DNA of 64,000 nt from assembly GCA_963728475.1 (NCBI GenBank), contig CAVSKL010000001.1, positions 714,523 to 778,522 of the forward strand. The letters run 5' to 3'. Positions 9,291 through 19,476 of this stretch are shown here, in pieces. The notes under the pieces were generated by a model that was not told where the DNA came from, ran no database searches, and saw only the letters and a program-made list of their open reading frames with translations. A program made the translations under genes and the position numbers. The DNA comes from Candidatus Eiseniibacteriota bacterium (lineage in GTDB: Bacteria; Eisenbacteria; RBG-16-71-46; JABDJR01). How positions within the stretch are numbered: the first letter of the stretch is position 1; every line of letters starts with the position of its first letter.

Positions 9291-11024
9291 GATCCCGCTC
9301 GAGAAGACGAACATGCGCCCGGAGTGGAACCCGTGGACCCCACTCCAGGCCGAGGTGACGAGGAGGTCCAGGGTACCGTCGCCGTCCACGTCCCCCATCC
9401 CCACCGCGTCGAACCCGAAGGTGTCGCCGGGAACCCGGCAGGTATAGGTCTTGAGCAGGCGGCCGTCGCGGCCTGAGTAGAGATACGCGCGTCCGCCCGA
9501 GACCGCCGCCCCCGCGTACTGCCACGCTCCGATGATGAGATCGGGGGTGCCGTCCCCGTCCACGTCGCCGGCGGCGGCGGGGCCGATCCCGAACCCCTCG
9601 CCCGCGGTCTCGCCGGTCAGCGCGTAGAGGAGCTTGCCCGTCCGGCCCGACAGCAGGTACACGCGCCCGGTGGAGCGCCCCAGGGCCGCGTTCGACCAGT
9701 CCGAGGCATAGACGTCGGGCACGCCGTCCCCGTCCAGGTCGCCGGGCACCGAGAGGAACATGCCGCCCAGGGCGTTACCGGTGGAGTCGGCGTCGAGGGT
9801 GAACGCGGGTCGGCCGGTGAGGCCGTCGTAGACGTAGACCCGCCCGGCGTGGCGCGGGCCCGCCGCCGGAGCGCCCACCACCAGGAAGGCGTGGCCGGGG
9901 TCGGCGTAGCCGGTGACCGCGCTCCCGAACCCGTCGCCGGGCGCCTCGCCGGTCAACGTGAGGAGCACGCTTCCGTCCTTGCCGGAGTAGACGTAGGCGC
10001 GCCCCGCGCCCTTGCCGCCGGCGTCGTTGGCGGGGGCGCCCACCACCACGTCGTCGTAGCCGTCCCGATTCTGGTCTCCGGCGTGCGAGGCATGGCGGCC
10101 GAACTCGTCGGTGGAGTCCTCGGCGGTGAGGGTCAGGAGCACGTGGCCGTCGGTCCCCGAGTAGACGTAGGCATGACCCGAGCCGGGGGCGCTCGCGATC
10201 ACGTCGGGAACGCCGTCCCTGTCGGTATCGCCCGCGCCCTCGACCCCGGTCCCCAGCTCGTCGCCGGGCTTCCCGTCCACGGACCAGAGCAGCGCGCCGG
10301 TGCGGGTGGAGTACACGAACACGCTCCCGGCCTTCAGCCCGCCCACGTCCTCGCTGGGAGCGGAGGTCACCACGTCGGGCACGCCGTCCCCGTCCACGTC
10401 GCCCGCGTCGCGGGCGATCCATCCGAACTGCCCGCCCAGGGAGTCGCCCTGCCACTCGCGAAGGATCTTCACCGGTTCCACGAAGGGATCGGCGAAGCTC
10501 TCGGGGGCGGGGAGGAGCGCGGCGAACCGGGGATCGCCCGCGAGCCCCTTGAGGTCGGGGTCGGTCTGGATCTGGGTCATGTCCAGCTTGCCGGTCTCCC
10601 GGGCCCGGCCGAGCCAGAGGAAGGCCTGGTTCGGCTCCCCCTTGATCGCGTAAAGGCAGCCGATGTTGTAGAGGACCGGCGCGGAGCCCGGCTCCAGCTC
10701 CAGCGACCGCTCTTGGGCGGCCAGCGCGCGATCGTAGTGCTTGGTGCGCTGGGCGGCGATCCCGAGGATCCGCCAGGCGCGGGCGTTGTCGGGCTCGCGA
10801 TTCACCACCTGCTCCAGGATCCGCTCGGCGGCGGCGGGGTCGCCGTTCATGAGCTTCCCGACCGCGGCCCCCACCGTGGCCGAATCGGGACCGGCCTGGG
10901 CATAGGCGGTCCCGCCGGCCGGGGCCAGGACGGGGGCGGCGGCCAGGGCGGCGCCGGCGAGCAGCGCTGCCACCAGGCCGGCCGCGAGAGGACCGGGGAC
11001 GGACATTGCTCTGCGCACGAACAT
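9279..11024 (-). CDS. Secreted TPR-repeat plus FG-GAP (integrin-alpha-like) repeat protein
   Basis: Signal peptide, an N-terminal TPR region, then at least six repeats of GDVDGDGxPDxxxxA...YVYSG (the FG-GAP/calcium-binding pattern). Confidence 0.65.
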   Translation of the reverse strand: MFVRRAMSVPGPLAAGLVAALLAGAALAAAPVLAPAGGTAYAQAGPDSATVGAAVGKLMNGDPAAAERILEQVVNREPDNARAWRILGIAAQRTKHYDRALAAQERSLELEPGSAPVLYNIGCLYAIKGEPNQAFLWLGRARETGKLDMTQIQTDPDLKGLAGDPRFAALLPAPESFADPFVEPVKILREWQGDSLGGQFGWIARDAGDVDGDGVPDVVTSAPSEDVGGLKAGSVFVYSTRTGALLWSVDGKPGDELGTGVEGAGDTDRDGVPDVIASAPGSGHAYVYSGTDGHVLLTLTAEDSTDEFGRHASHAGDQNRDGYDDVVVGAPANDAGGKGAGRAYVYSGKDGSVLLTLTGEAPGDGFGSAVTGYADPGHAFLVVGAPAAGPRHAGRVYVYDGLTGRPAFTLDADSTGNALGGMFLSVPGDLDGDGVPDVYASDWSNAALGRSTGRVYLLSGRTGKLLYALTGETAGEGFGIGPAAAGDVDGDGTPDLIIGAWQYAGAAVSGGRAYLYSGRDGRLLKTYTCRVPGDTFGFDAVGMGDVDGDGTLDLLVTSAWSGVHGFHSGRMFVFSSGIAPK

Positions 11025-11244
11025 GGTGTTCCTCCGGGCGCGAACGGCGTGCCCTCGCCGGGCGCTCGCTCGCGTATGGGGCTTGTCACAAGGAGGCCTG
11101 TCGCTACCGGACCGAGGGAGTTGCCGGCGAACGAACCGAGGAGGCTGAGGGGTGACGGCGAACGCGGGATGCTCGACCGGCCCCGGGTCCGCGAGGACCG
11201 GCCCGAGGCCTCGGCAGATCCTAGCACACGGCGGCGGGCCAGGA

Positions 11245-12450
11245 TCAGCCCCCGCAGTTCTCGCGCCAACCGGAAAGCCGCGACCAGCGCCGCTTGGTCA
11301 TGGGGTCGGCGGACGCCGCCGCTTCTTCCCGCCAGATCGCTTCCAACCGTTCGGGGGGGACGTCGCGTTCGTCGGTGAAGGGGTTCCTCGCGGCGACCGC
11401 GGCCCGGGACGTGGAGTCGGGGGCGTACTCGGCGAGCGGAATCAAGTCCACCAGCCGGAGGCTTTCCACCGGTCCGGTCCAGACGTAGCCGTCGGTATAG
11501 CCGGCGAAGCGGAGCCCGGGGTGGCCGTGGACGTAATAGCACGAGTCGGAGAAGGCCAGGTCCGCGAAGGGGGAGCCCACCACGTCGAAACCTACGGGTC
11601 TTCCGCCCGCGGCCGTCGCGGCGCAATCCACCGCCCCCGCGAGCGGCAGGCAGTAGTCCGGGGTCTCGGTCGAGCCGCACCAGAGCGGCTTGTGGAGAGC
11701 GACCAGGAACACGCGATCCCCCAGGCGCCGGCAGAGCCGGTTCCCCATCCGGTCCACGTAGTCCATGGCGTTGCCCCGGAGGTCCAGCTCGGCCTGGTAG
11801 TAGCGGGTGAACGCGTGGTGCATGCCGCAGTAGACCAGGACGCGGGAGCGCTCGGCCAGCCGGGCCAGCACCCGGTCGGCCATGAAGGCGTCGTAATCGA
11901 TCCCTCGCGCGCGGAAGTCGAGGGGCGGCCCCAGGGCGAGCACGCGCACCCTCTTCTTGCCGGTCGCGTCGCGGTTGAACCGCCATGCCGCGTGCAAGAG
12001 GTCGCGGTACTGCACGTAGGGCCACTCCATGGCTCGCATCATTCGGGTGGCGGCGGCCGCGTCCCACTCCCGAGCGGCGACCAGGCTGTCGATCGCGTCC
12101 TGTTCGGAGGCGGGGAGGATCTCCATGGCCAGGGTCGCGCCGCGGGCGCCGAGCGCGGGGACGAGCGACGCCACCAGCTCGGCGTCCTGGGCGATCCAGT
12201 GGGCTTCGCCCAGGATCACCACCGGATGGGCGTCGAGCTTCGACGCCACGTAGGCCGCGGGGTCCCGGCCCTGGTCCCGGAGATACGCTTCCGGGGGCTC
12301 GGAGGCGGGGGCCGGACCCGGAGCGAAGAGAAGCGCGGCGACCGCCGCCACGGGAAGCGTCCCTGCGGCGAGACGCGAACCCGGAAAGGGGCGCGCCGGG
12401 CCCGCGAGACGGCGCTTGCGGGATGCGCGGGTCGAAGTCGGCGGCTTCAA
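11245..12450 (-). CDS. ChaN/Tiki-like (haem-binding uptake family) putative secreted protein
   Basis: VVILGEAHW and a later HH motif resemble the ChaN/Tiki GxxH pattern. The upstream ORF extension is Arg-rich and probably not translated. A TTG at 12450 gives a signal-like N-terminus. Confidence 0.35.
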   Translation of the reverse strand: MKPPTSTRASRKRRLAGPARPFPGSRLAAGTLPVAAVAALLFAPGPAPASEPPEAYLRDQGRDPAAYVASKLDAHPVVILGEAHWIAQDAELVASLVPALGARGATLAMEILPASEQDAIDSLVAAREWDAAAATRMMRAMEWPYVQYRDLLHAAWRFNRDATGKKRVRVLALGPPLDFRARGIDYDAFMADRVLARLAERSRVLVYCGMHHAFTRYYQAELDLRGNAMDYVDRMGNRLCRRLGDRVFLVALHKPLWCGSTETPDYCLPLAGAVDCAATAAGGRPVGFDVVGSPFADLAFSDSCYYVHGHPGLRFAGYTDGYVWTGPVESLRLVDLIPLAEYAPDSTSRAAVAARNPFTDERDVPPERLEAIWREEAAASADPMTKRRWSRLSGWRENCGG

Positions 12451-12935
12451 CCGCGGCGCGCCGCCTCGATTGCGGCGATGTCGATCTTCTTCATCTCCAT
12501 CATCGCATCGAACGCCCGCTTGGCGACGGCGGGATCGGGATCGGTTACCCCTTGGGTCAGAGCGATCGGGGTGATCTGCCAGGACAAGCCCCATCTATCC
12601 TTGCACCACCCGCACGCGCTCTCCTCGCCGCCGTTGCCGACGATTGCGTTCCAGTAACGATCGGTTTCGGCCTGGTCGACGGTGGCGACTTGAAACGAGA
12701 ATGCCTGGTTGTGCTTGAACTCGGGCCCGCCATTGAGCCCAAGGCAGGGAATTCCCATCACCGTGAACTCGACCGTCAACACGTCCCCCTTCTTCCCGGA
12801 CGGATAGTCTCCTGGCGCGAGATGCACCGCGCCCACGGACGAATCGGGAAAGGTCTCGGCATAAAACCGCGCGGCGTCCAGGGCGTCGCGATCGTACCAA
12901 AGGCAAATCGTATTCTTTGCTTGCTGATCCATGTT
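12447..12935 (-). CDS. VOC superfamily protein (PhnB / 3-demethylubiquinone-9 3-methyltransferase-like domain)
   Basis: 162 aa from MDQQAKNTICLWYD. The PhnB-like pattern is ICLWY...GDVLTVEF...SWQI. Confidence 0.55.
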   Translation of the reverse strand, partial: NMDQQAKNTICLWYDRDALDAARFYAETFPDSSVGAVHLAPGDYPSGKKGDVLTVEFTVMGIPCLGLNGGPEFKHNQAFSFQVATVDQAETDRYWNAIVGNGGEESACGWCKDRWGLSWQITPIALTQGVTDPDPAVAKRAFDAMMEMKKIDIAAIEAARRG

Positions 12936-13212
12936 CCATCTCCATCGTGATGAGCCGCCCGAGGCGCCGCAAGACGACGCGCTCACGGTCCGCGGGCATC
13001 GGCCCGGCCGGCACTTTCACCCGGTGGCTCCGCTCCAACCATACCCTCGAGCCGGGCCGGAAGCCCAGGCCGGCCCCGCCGCCCCGCCGCCGGCACGTCG
13101 AGGGCTCCGGCGGTTTATCAACCATGTATCTTATTGCTATTAAATGAAATGCGCTGCTTCCAAGACGTTCCAAAGACGACCCCGGAGCGCCGGTGCTCCC
13201 CTCGGGCCGGGC

Positions 13213-13677
13213 TCAGGGGAGGCGCTCGAGCTGATAACGATGGCGCATGGGATGCAGAACGGCGTGCTCGAGCATGGACTCCACGCTGAGGTCCACCCCC
13301 GCGCTGGTGGGATGGGCGGGCCGGAAGAAGCGCTCCTCCTCCACTCCGGCGAGCGGCGTCTTCCAGCGCTCGAGGAGCGTCTCCAGATAGGCTTCCGCCC
13401 GCGCGGCGAGGGCGGCGGCCTCGGGCGGCTCCGCAAGGCCCGGGTCGGGCAGCTCCAACGAGCGGCACATCCAGCGCAGATAGCCGCGGGCGGCGCCGAG
13501 AACGTGCCGGAGGAGGAGCTCATACGAGACGTAGTCGGGATCTTGGGTGGCGGGAAGGGCCGCGCCGCGTCCGCGGGCGTCCTCCCACTCGGCCAGGAAT
13601 GCACGCATCTCGCGTTCGTGAAGCGCCACCATGGCCGCCGCGCCGGCGTACCGATAGGTCTCCATCGCCGCCTCCAC
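13213..13677 (-). CDS. DinB/YfiT-like metal-dependent hydrolase superfamily protein (putative)
   Basis: 154 aa ending HAVLHPMRHRYQLERL. The His spacing resembles the DinB_2 family. Confidence 0.4.
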   Translation of the reverse strand: MEAAMETYRYAGAAAMVALHEREMRAFLAEWEDARGRGAALPATQDPDYVSYELLLRHVLGAARGYLRWMCRSLELPDPGLAEPPEAAALAARAEAYLETLLERWKTPLAGVEEERFFRPAHPTSAGVDLSVESMLEHAVLHPMRHRYQLERLP

Positions 13678-13749
13678 TGGTCCTGAGTACCACCAACCCC
13701 GGAGCGGCCCTCGCTCCGGGGGGATTCACCCGGCCGCCGGCCGCTCCCG

Positions 13750-13800
13750 CGGGTCGTGGGCGAAGGGCGAAGGGCGACGGGCGAAGGGCGAAGGGCGACC
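13750..13800. repeat. (GGGCGAA)n-type tandem heptamer repeat
   Basis: gtgggcgaagggcgaagggcgacgggcgaagggcgaagggcga, seen directly. Confidence 0.7.
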
Positions 13801-13869
13801 TCGACGCTACCAGATCCCCGCGCCGGAGGGGAGCGGGTTCGCGCGGCGGTGGGGCCCCGGAAGGGGCCG

Positions 13870-13980
13870 CCGCGCGGCCGGTCTGGTATCCTCGCGCGCT
13901 CCGCGCCGCATCCGGCTCCGCATGATGCGCTCCGCACCACATCCGGTGCGACGCGGCGCGCTCCGCGCCGCATGGAGGGA
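13870..13980. promoter_or_regulatory. Three direct repeats of about 20 bp (GCGCTCCGCRCCRCATCCGG) upstream of the EamA transporter gene
   Basis: Seen in the sequence. Position suggests a regulatory binding array. Function unknown. Confidence 0.3.
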
Positions 13981-13988
13981 CGACCGCG

Positions 13989-14909
13989 TTGACCAAGACC
14001 ACCACCCGGCCGCGCCTCTCCGCCGGCCTCCGCTACATGGTGCTGGCGGCGTTCTTCTTCAGCCTCATGAGCCTTACCGTGAAGCTGGCCGGCCGCCGGC
14101 TTCCCGCCACCGAGATCGTGTTCGCCCGGGCGCTGGTCAGCCTGGTTGCGACCTGGATCTTGCTCCGCCGGGCGCGGGTGCCGCTGTGGGGACATCGCAA
14201 GGGGCTCCTGGCCTTCCGCGGCCTGGCCGGGTTCGGCGGGCTCATCTGCTTCTTCTGGGCGGTGACGAAACTGCCCCTGGCCGACGTCACCGTGATTCAC
14301 TTCACCAACCCGGTCTTCACCGCGATCTTCGCCGCGCTGTTCCTCGAGGAGCGCATCGGACGCGCCGAGACCGCCGGGCTGGCCCTGAGCCTGGCCGGGC
14401 TGGTGCTGGTCGCCCAGCCGTCGTTCCTGTTCGGGGGCGCTTCTTCGGGACTGGACCTCGTCGCGGTGGGGGTGGCGCTTCTGGGCGCGCTCTTCGCCGC
14501 CGCCGCCTACACGGTGGTGCGGAAGCTCGGCGAGACCGAGCATCACCTGATGGTCGTCTTCTATTTTCCGCTGGTGGCCACGCCGGCCTCGGTGCCGCTC
14601 CTCTGGCATCACGCGCTGGTCCCGACCCCGGCCGAACTCCTGTTGCTCCTGGCGGTGGGGCTCTGCACCCAGATCGCGCAGGTGTACCTCACCAAGGGCC
14701 TCCACGCCGAGCGCGCGGGGAAGGCGATGTCCATGAGCTACGTCCAGATCGTGTTCGCGGCGGCGTGGGGATTCCTGTTCTTCCACGAGGTGCCGGGCCT
14801 GCTCAGCGCGGCCGGGGCGCTCCTCATCGTGGCCGGAACCCTGGTGGTGAGCCGGGCGCGGACGGACGCGGGAGCGGCCCCCACCGGCGGCCCCGAGGCG
14901 CGGGAGTAG
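13989..14909 (+). CDS. EamA/DMT family transporter
   Basis: 306 aa with 10 TM segments and duplicated EamA-like halves. TAG stop. Confidence 0.7.
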   Translation: MTKTTTRPRLSAGLRYMVLAAFFFSLMSLTVKLAGRRLPATEIVFARALVSLVATWILLRRARVPLWGHRKGLLAFRGLAGFGGLICFFWAVTKLPLADVTVIHFTNPVFTAIFAALFLEERIGRAETAGLALSLAGLVLVAQPSFLFGGASSGLDLVAVGVALLGALFAAAAYTVVRKLGETEHHLMVVFYFPLVATPASVPLLWHHALVPTPAELLLLLAVGLCTQIAQVYLTKGLHAERAGKAMSMSYVQIVFAAAWGFLFFHEVPGLLSAAGALLIVAGTLVVSRARTDAGAAPTGGPEARE

Positions 14910-15067
14910 CGGCCCGAGGCCTCGGAGGAGGGGCGCCGGCCGGCGGGTTTGGTGGGGCGGCGCGCTCTCTGCTATTCTCTTCCGTTCGCCGGGGAGGGGC
15001 GAATCCGCCGGCCCCGCGATGTCCTCTCGTCCGCATCCCGTCCTCGAAGCACCTGGAGGAGGCCCCC

Positions 15068-18013
15068 TTGGATCTCGACCGGCACCCCTACGCGTCGTTC
15101 CTCCACCGGGTCGCCAAGCCCGCCCGCTACACCGGGGGCGAGGTGAACGAGCGGGTGAAGGACCCGGGGTCGGTGGACGTGCGGATGGCCCTGGGTTTCC
15201 CCGACGTCTACGACATCGGGATGAGCCACCTGGGGACCAAGATTCTCTACAAGCTCCTCAACGACCACCCCCGGATCGCGGCCGAGCGCGCGTTCTGCCC
15301 GTGGGTGGACATGGAGGCCGAGCTGCGCGCGCGCGGGCTGCCGCTGGTCTCGCTCGAGACCGCCACGCCGCTCGCGGACTTCGACGTGGTGGGGTTCTCG
15401 CTCCAGTACGAACTCACCTTCACCAACGTGCTCACCATGCTCGACCTGGCGGGCATACCGCTCCGGGCCGCCGACCGGGGCGAGGGCGCCCCGCTGGTGA
15501 TCGCGGGGGGCCCGGTGGCCACCCAGCCGGAACCGGTGGCGCCGTTTCTGGACGCGCTCCTGATCGGCGACGCCGAGGAGCGGCTGCCGGAGATGCTCTT
15601 GAAGGTGGCGGAGCGGAAACGAGCCGGCGCCTCGCGCGGGGACCTCTTGCGCGCGATCGCGGCCGTGGAGGGCTTCTACGTGCCCGCCCTCTACGCGACC
15701 GGGCTCGACGAGCGGACCGGGTTCGTGGTGGTGGGCGAGCCCCTCGACCCGGCCGCGCCTCCCCGCGTGAAGCGGGCGGTGGTGGAGGACCTCAACCGCT
15801 ACCCCTTCCCCGACGACGCCCCGGTGGCGGCGGCGGAGGCGATCTTCGACCGCATGGCCATCGAGATCGCGCGCGGTTGCACCGAGGGCTGCCGATTCTG
15901 CCAGGCGGGCATGATCTACCGTCCGGTCCGCGAGCGCGATCCCGAGGAGATCGTGGACACGGTGGTGCGCGCGGTGAAGAAGGGGGGCTACGACGAGGTC
16001 GGCCTCACCACCCTCTCCACCGCCGACTACTCCTGCATCTCGCCCCTCATCAAGAAGGTGATGGAGCGGCTCCGGGCGGAGAAGGTCTCGCTCTCGGTGG
16101 CGTCGCTCCGCGCCTACGGGCTGGACGAGGACCTCTTCGACGAGATCAAGTCGGTGCGCGCGACCGGGCTCACCTTCGCCCCGGAGGCCGGCACCCAGCG
16201 CATGCGGAACGTGATCAGCAAGAACATCACCGACGAGGACCTGGACCGCACCGCCCACCGCGTGTTCAGCCGCGGCTGGCGGCGGATGAAGCTCTACTTC
16301 ATGATCGGGCTGCCCACCGAGACCGACGAGGACGTGGCCGGAATCATGGAGACCGGCCGCCGCATGCGCGAAGTGGGAACCGAATACCACCCGCGCGGCG
16401 CGGTGGGGGTCACGGTGTCGGTGTCGAGCCACGTGCCAAAACCGCACACCCCCTTCCAGTGGTGCGCCATGGATACGATCGAGGAGATCGAGCGCAAGCA
16501 GGACACGCTCCGCGACCTGGCCCGCCGGCACCGCCTGGAGTTCCGCCGCCACGACCCGCGCACCACCTTCCTGGAATGCCTCCTGGGCCGCGGCGACCGC
16601 CGGATGGCGGACGTGGTGGAGGACGTCTGGCGCCGGGGGGCGCGGTTCGACTCCTGGGACGAGCAGTTGCGCTGGAGCGCCTGGACCGAGGCCCTGGCCG
16701 CCCATCCCGACATCCCCTACGAGCTGTTCCTGGGCACGCTTCCGGTGGACGGGAGGCTCCCCTGGGACCACCTGGACATCGGGCTGGAGCCGAAGTTCCT
16801 GGCCACCGAGTACCGGCGCGCCTTGAGGTCCAAGGCGTCCCCCCCATGCGGGAAGCCGGTGGGGGCGCAGGTCCACCACACCAATCTGGCCGGCCACGAG
16901 GCCGACGAGCGGGTCCTGGTCTGCTACCACTGCGGGGTGGAGTGCGACATGACGCGGATGCGCGAGGAGCGCGGCGCGTTCCTGCGCAAGCTCGGCGCCT
17001 ACGCGCCGCCGGCCTTGCGCGCCTACGTGGAGACCACCGAGGTTCCGTCCCCGGTGTCGAAGGGCCTGGTGGCCGGCGTGGAGGTGCCGCCCTCGGTGTC
17101 TGAGCCCGCCGCCGCCGGGAGCGGGCCGGCGGCGCCGGCGGGACGCCGGACCGAGAACGGCGGGCGCGAGGAGCTTCCCCGGGGAAACCGGATCCGCCGC
17201 AAGCACGACCCTCAGCGCGACGGCGCCGCCCCCCACGACTTCCGGCAAGGCGAACCGCGCCGGTACCGCATCCGCTTCGCCAAGACCGGGGTGGCCGCGC
17301 TGACCGGGCACCTCGATCTGGTGCGCGCGCTCCCGCGGATCCTGCGCCGCGCCGGCGTCGACCCGTACTACAGCGAGGGGTACCACCCCAAGCCGGTGAT
17401 GGAGTTCTCGCCGCCGTTGCCGCTGGGGGTGCGGAGCCTGGACGAGCTGGTGGACCTTTCGCTGGCCGAGGAACTCGACCCGCGCGAACTGCTGGACCGG
17501 CTCCGCGCCCACGCCCCGGACGGAATGGACTTCGTGGCGGCGGCGCGGCTGGCCGGAGGCGCGCGCAAGCTCTCGCGCGAGCTGGCGGCGGCGGAGTACG
17601 TGGTGCGCCTCGACCGGGAGCTTCTGGACCGCGGCGGTCTGGACGCGCCGGCCCTCGACCGCGCCCCGGGCGATTTCCTGGCCCGCGCGGAGGCCCCCTG
17701 GCCGGTGACCCGGAAGCGCGTCGAGAAGACGGTGGACCTCCGCCCGGAGGTGATCGCGGTGGAGTGGATCGCCGGGTCCGCGCTCCCCGGGGATCTCCGG
17801 AGCTTTGCCCGGCCCCGCGCCCGGTATCTGAGGACCGTGCTCCACCTGGACACCCCCGGCCACGCCCGGCCGGAGGAGGTGGCGGCGGCGCTCCTCGGAA
17901 ACGACCCCGGGATCGAGACCCTGCACCTGGCCCGCACCGGGTTGTTGAAGCGCGCCGGCGACGGTCTCGCGCCTGTCCTTCCCGTCGCCGAGGCCTCGGC
18001 GGTGGGCGCTTAG
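15068..18013 (+). CDS. Radical SAM protein with B12-binding-like N-domain fused to a DUF2344-like C-terminal domain
   Basis: HPYASFLHRVAKPARYTGGE N-terminus, a CxxxCxxC-type cluster (CTEGCRFCQAG), then a DUF2344-like block (RYRIRFAKTGVAALTGHLDL). TTG start at 15068 preceded by GGAGGA. The long ATG-started ORF from 13922 overlaps EamA out of frame. Confidence 0.7.
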   Translation: MDLDRHPYASFLHRVAKPARYTGGEVNERVKDPGSVDVRMALGFPDVYDIGMSHLGTKILYKLLNDHPRIAAERAFCPWVDMEAELRARGLPLVSLETATPLADFDVVGFSLQYELTFTNVLTMLDLAGIPLRAADRGEGAPLVIAGGPVATQPEPVAPFLDALLIGDAEERLPEMLLKVAERKRAGASRGDLLRAIAAVEGFYVPALYATGLDERTGFVVVGEPLDPAAPPRVKRAVVEDLNRYPFPDDAPVAAAEAIFDRMAIEIARGCTEGCRFCQAGMIYRPVRERDPEEIVDTVVRAVKKGGYDEVGLTTLSTADYSCISPLIKKVMERLRAEKVSLSVASLRAYGLDEDLFDEIKSVRATGLTFAPEAGTQRMRNVISKNITDEDLDRTAHRVFSRGWRRMKLYFMIGLPTETDEDVAGIMETGRRMREVGTEYHPRGAVGVTVSVSSHVPKPHTPFQWCAMDTIEEIERKQDTLRDLARRHRLEFRRHDPRTTFLECLLGRGDRRMADVVEDVWRRGARFDSWDEQLRWSAWTEALAAHPDIPYELFLGTLPVDGRLPWDHLDIGLEPKFLATEYRRALRSKASPPCGKPVGAQVHHTNLAGHEADERVLVCYHCGVECDMTRMREERGAFLRKLGAYAPPALRAYVETTEVPSPVSKGLVAGVEVPPSVSEPAAAGSGPAAPAGRRTENGGREELPRGNRIRRKHDPQRDGAAPHDFRQGEPRRYRIRFAKTGVAALTGHLDLVRALPRILRRAGVDPYYSEGYHPKPVMEFSPPLPLGVRSLDELVDLSLAEELDPRELLDRLRAHAPDGMDFVAAARLAGGARKLSRELAAAEYVVRLDRELLDRGGLDAPALDRAPGDFLARAEAPWPVTRKRVEKTVDLRPEVIAVEWIAGSALPGDLRSFARPRARYLRTVLHLDTPGHARPEEVAAALLGNDPGIETLHLARTGLLKRAGDGLAPVLPVAEASAVGA

Positions 18014-18104
18014 AATCTCCCCTCACCGGCGGAACCGAGCACGCGCGGAGCGGCCCGAGGGGGGGGCGTCCGAACGCGGCCGGACCCGGTACCGCGACGC
18101 GCGG

Positions 18105-19100
18105 CTAGCTCACGTCCATCAGCTTGACCCGGTTCATCCCGCCGTTCTTGGCCGACTCCACCGCGCTCTCAGCGGCGTGGAGGATGGCCTCCATGTCGAA
18201 CTCGTTCCCCCCGGCCACCGTCACCAGGCCCACCGAGATGGTGACCCCGAACTCGCCGGCGTCGCTCTCGAACGACAATTCGGCCACCCGGCGGCGGAGA
18301 CGCTCGGCCAGGAACTGCGCGTTGGCGCGGTCGGTGTGCGGGCAAAGAACCAGGAACGCCTCCCCCTCGTAGCGCGCCGCCAGGTCCGAGGTCCGGGTCT
18401 GGTCGCCGACGGTCTCGGCCACCCGGCGGATGACCTCGTCCCCCTTCTCCTGCCCGTACTCCTCGTTCACCAGGGTCATGTGGTCGATGTCGAAGAGGAG
18501 GAGCGTGAGCGGCTCGTCGTAGCGGATGGCCCGCGCCACCTCCCCTTCGGCCCGCTCCAGCACCGCCCTCCGGTTGAGGAGTCCGGTGAGCTCGTCCCTC
18601 GAGGCCTGGCTCTCGATCTGCTCGCGGAGCCGCGCGATCTCCTTGGCCCGCCGGTCGGTGTCCTGGCTGGCCCGCTCCAGTGCCGCCCGGAGCCGGCTCA
18701 CCTCCTCGCCCGAGGAGGGCGCCGCCTCGGCGGCCGATTCGCGGCCGATCCCCACGAACGCGCGGCAGGTTCCGGCCTCGTCCATGCAGGCGACCCACGA
18801 ATAGGTCACGCTGACCGCCTCGCCGTCGGTCCGATGATGGAAGATGTCCAGCCGGCGATGCTCGCCGTCTCCCTGGCGGAGCGCCTCGAACACCTCGCGA
18901 GCCTTCGAAAGCGAAAACCGCTCGATGGTGTCCAGGAACGAGACGTGCTTGTCCGGCTCGAACCCCACGGTGCGGCGAAAGGTCTCGCCCGCGATCTTCA
19001 CCCGCAGTTCGGGGTCGAGCACCACGAAGTATTCGGGCGCGTCGCGGAAGATGCTTTCGAGGATCTGGCCCAAGGGCGGAAGCGGTTGCGGTTCGGTCAT
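18105..19100 (-). CDS. PAS domain-containing diguanylate cyclase (GGDEF)
   Basis: RDELTGLLNRR, DIDHMTLVNEEYGQEKGDEVI and RYEGEAFLVL are the canonical GGDEF blocks (the GGDEF signature itself reads YEGEAF). An N-terminal PAS-like region is present. Confidence 0.75.
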   Translation of the reverse strand: MTEPQPLPPLGQILESIFRDAPEYFVVLDPELRVKIAGETFRRTVGFEPDKHVSFLDTIERFSLSKAREVFEALRQGDGEHRRLDIFHHRTDGEAVSVTYSWVACMDEAGTCRAFVGIGRESAAEAAPSSGEEVSRLRAALERASQDTDRRAKEIARLREQIESQASRDELTGLLNRRAVLERAEGEVARAIRYDEPLTLLLFDIDHMTLVNEEYGQEKGDEVIRRVAETVGDQTRTSDLAARYEGEAFLVLCPHTDRANAQFLAERLRRRVAELSFESDAGEFGVTISVGLVTVAGGNEFDMEAILHAAESAVESAKNGGMNRVKLMDVS

Positions 19101-19476
19101 CGGGATCCCCCTCATGGTAACTCCGGTCCGGTCATCCGGTTATCGGCCGATCCGGCTTGGGGTTGAGGTTCGTTTCACCCGCCGGGGAAAGGGGCCCCAA
19201 GCCCCCCCCGGCGGGGCCTCGGGGCCGGGTCCGAGGCCCCGCCGGGTTTCCGCCGCGCCCCGCCCCCCCGGACCGCCAATTTCGATTGAATTTGTCCCGA
19301 ATAGAGAATAATCTGCGGCTCGATCCGCGGGGGGCCGTCCGACCCCCTGCCCGTTTCGACAGGTCGCAGACCTGCCGCCGCCTCCCTGGGCCGGCACTCG
19401 TCCCCCATGCGACTTGCTCCGCGCGGACACGCGGCCGACGAGCGTCCGGACCTCGACCTCCGTGAAAGGACCCGTC

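Noticed and set aside
13140-14786. 548-aa minus-strand ORF over the DinB-like and EamA genes
   Set aside because: Overlaps two well-supported genes. Highly charged, repetitive translation.
14972-18026. 984-aa and 538-aa minus-strand ORFs antisense to the radical SAM gene
   Set aside because: Antisense GC-frame artefacts. The + frame carries the radical SAM and DUF2344 motifs.
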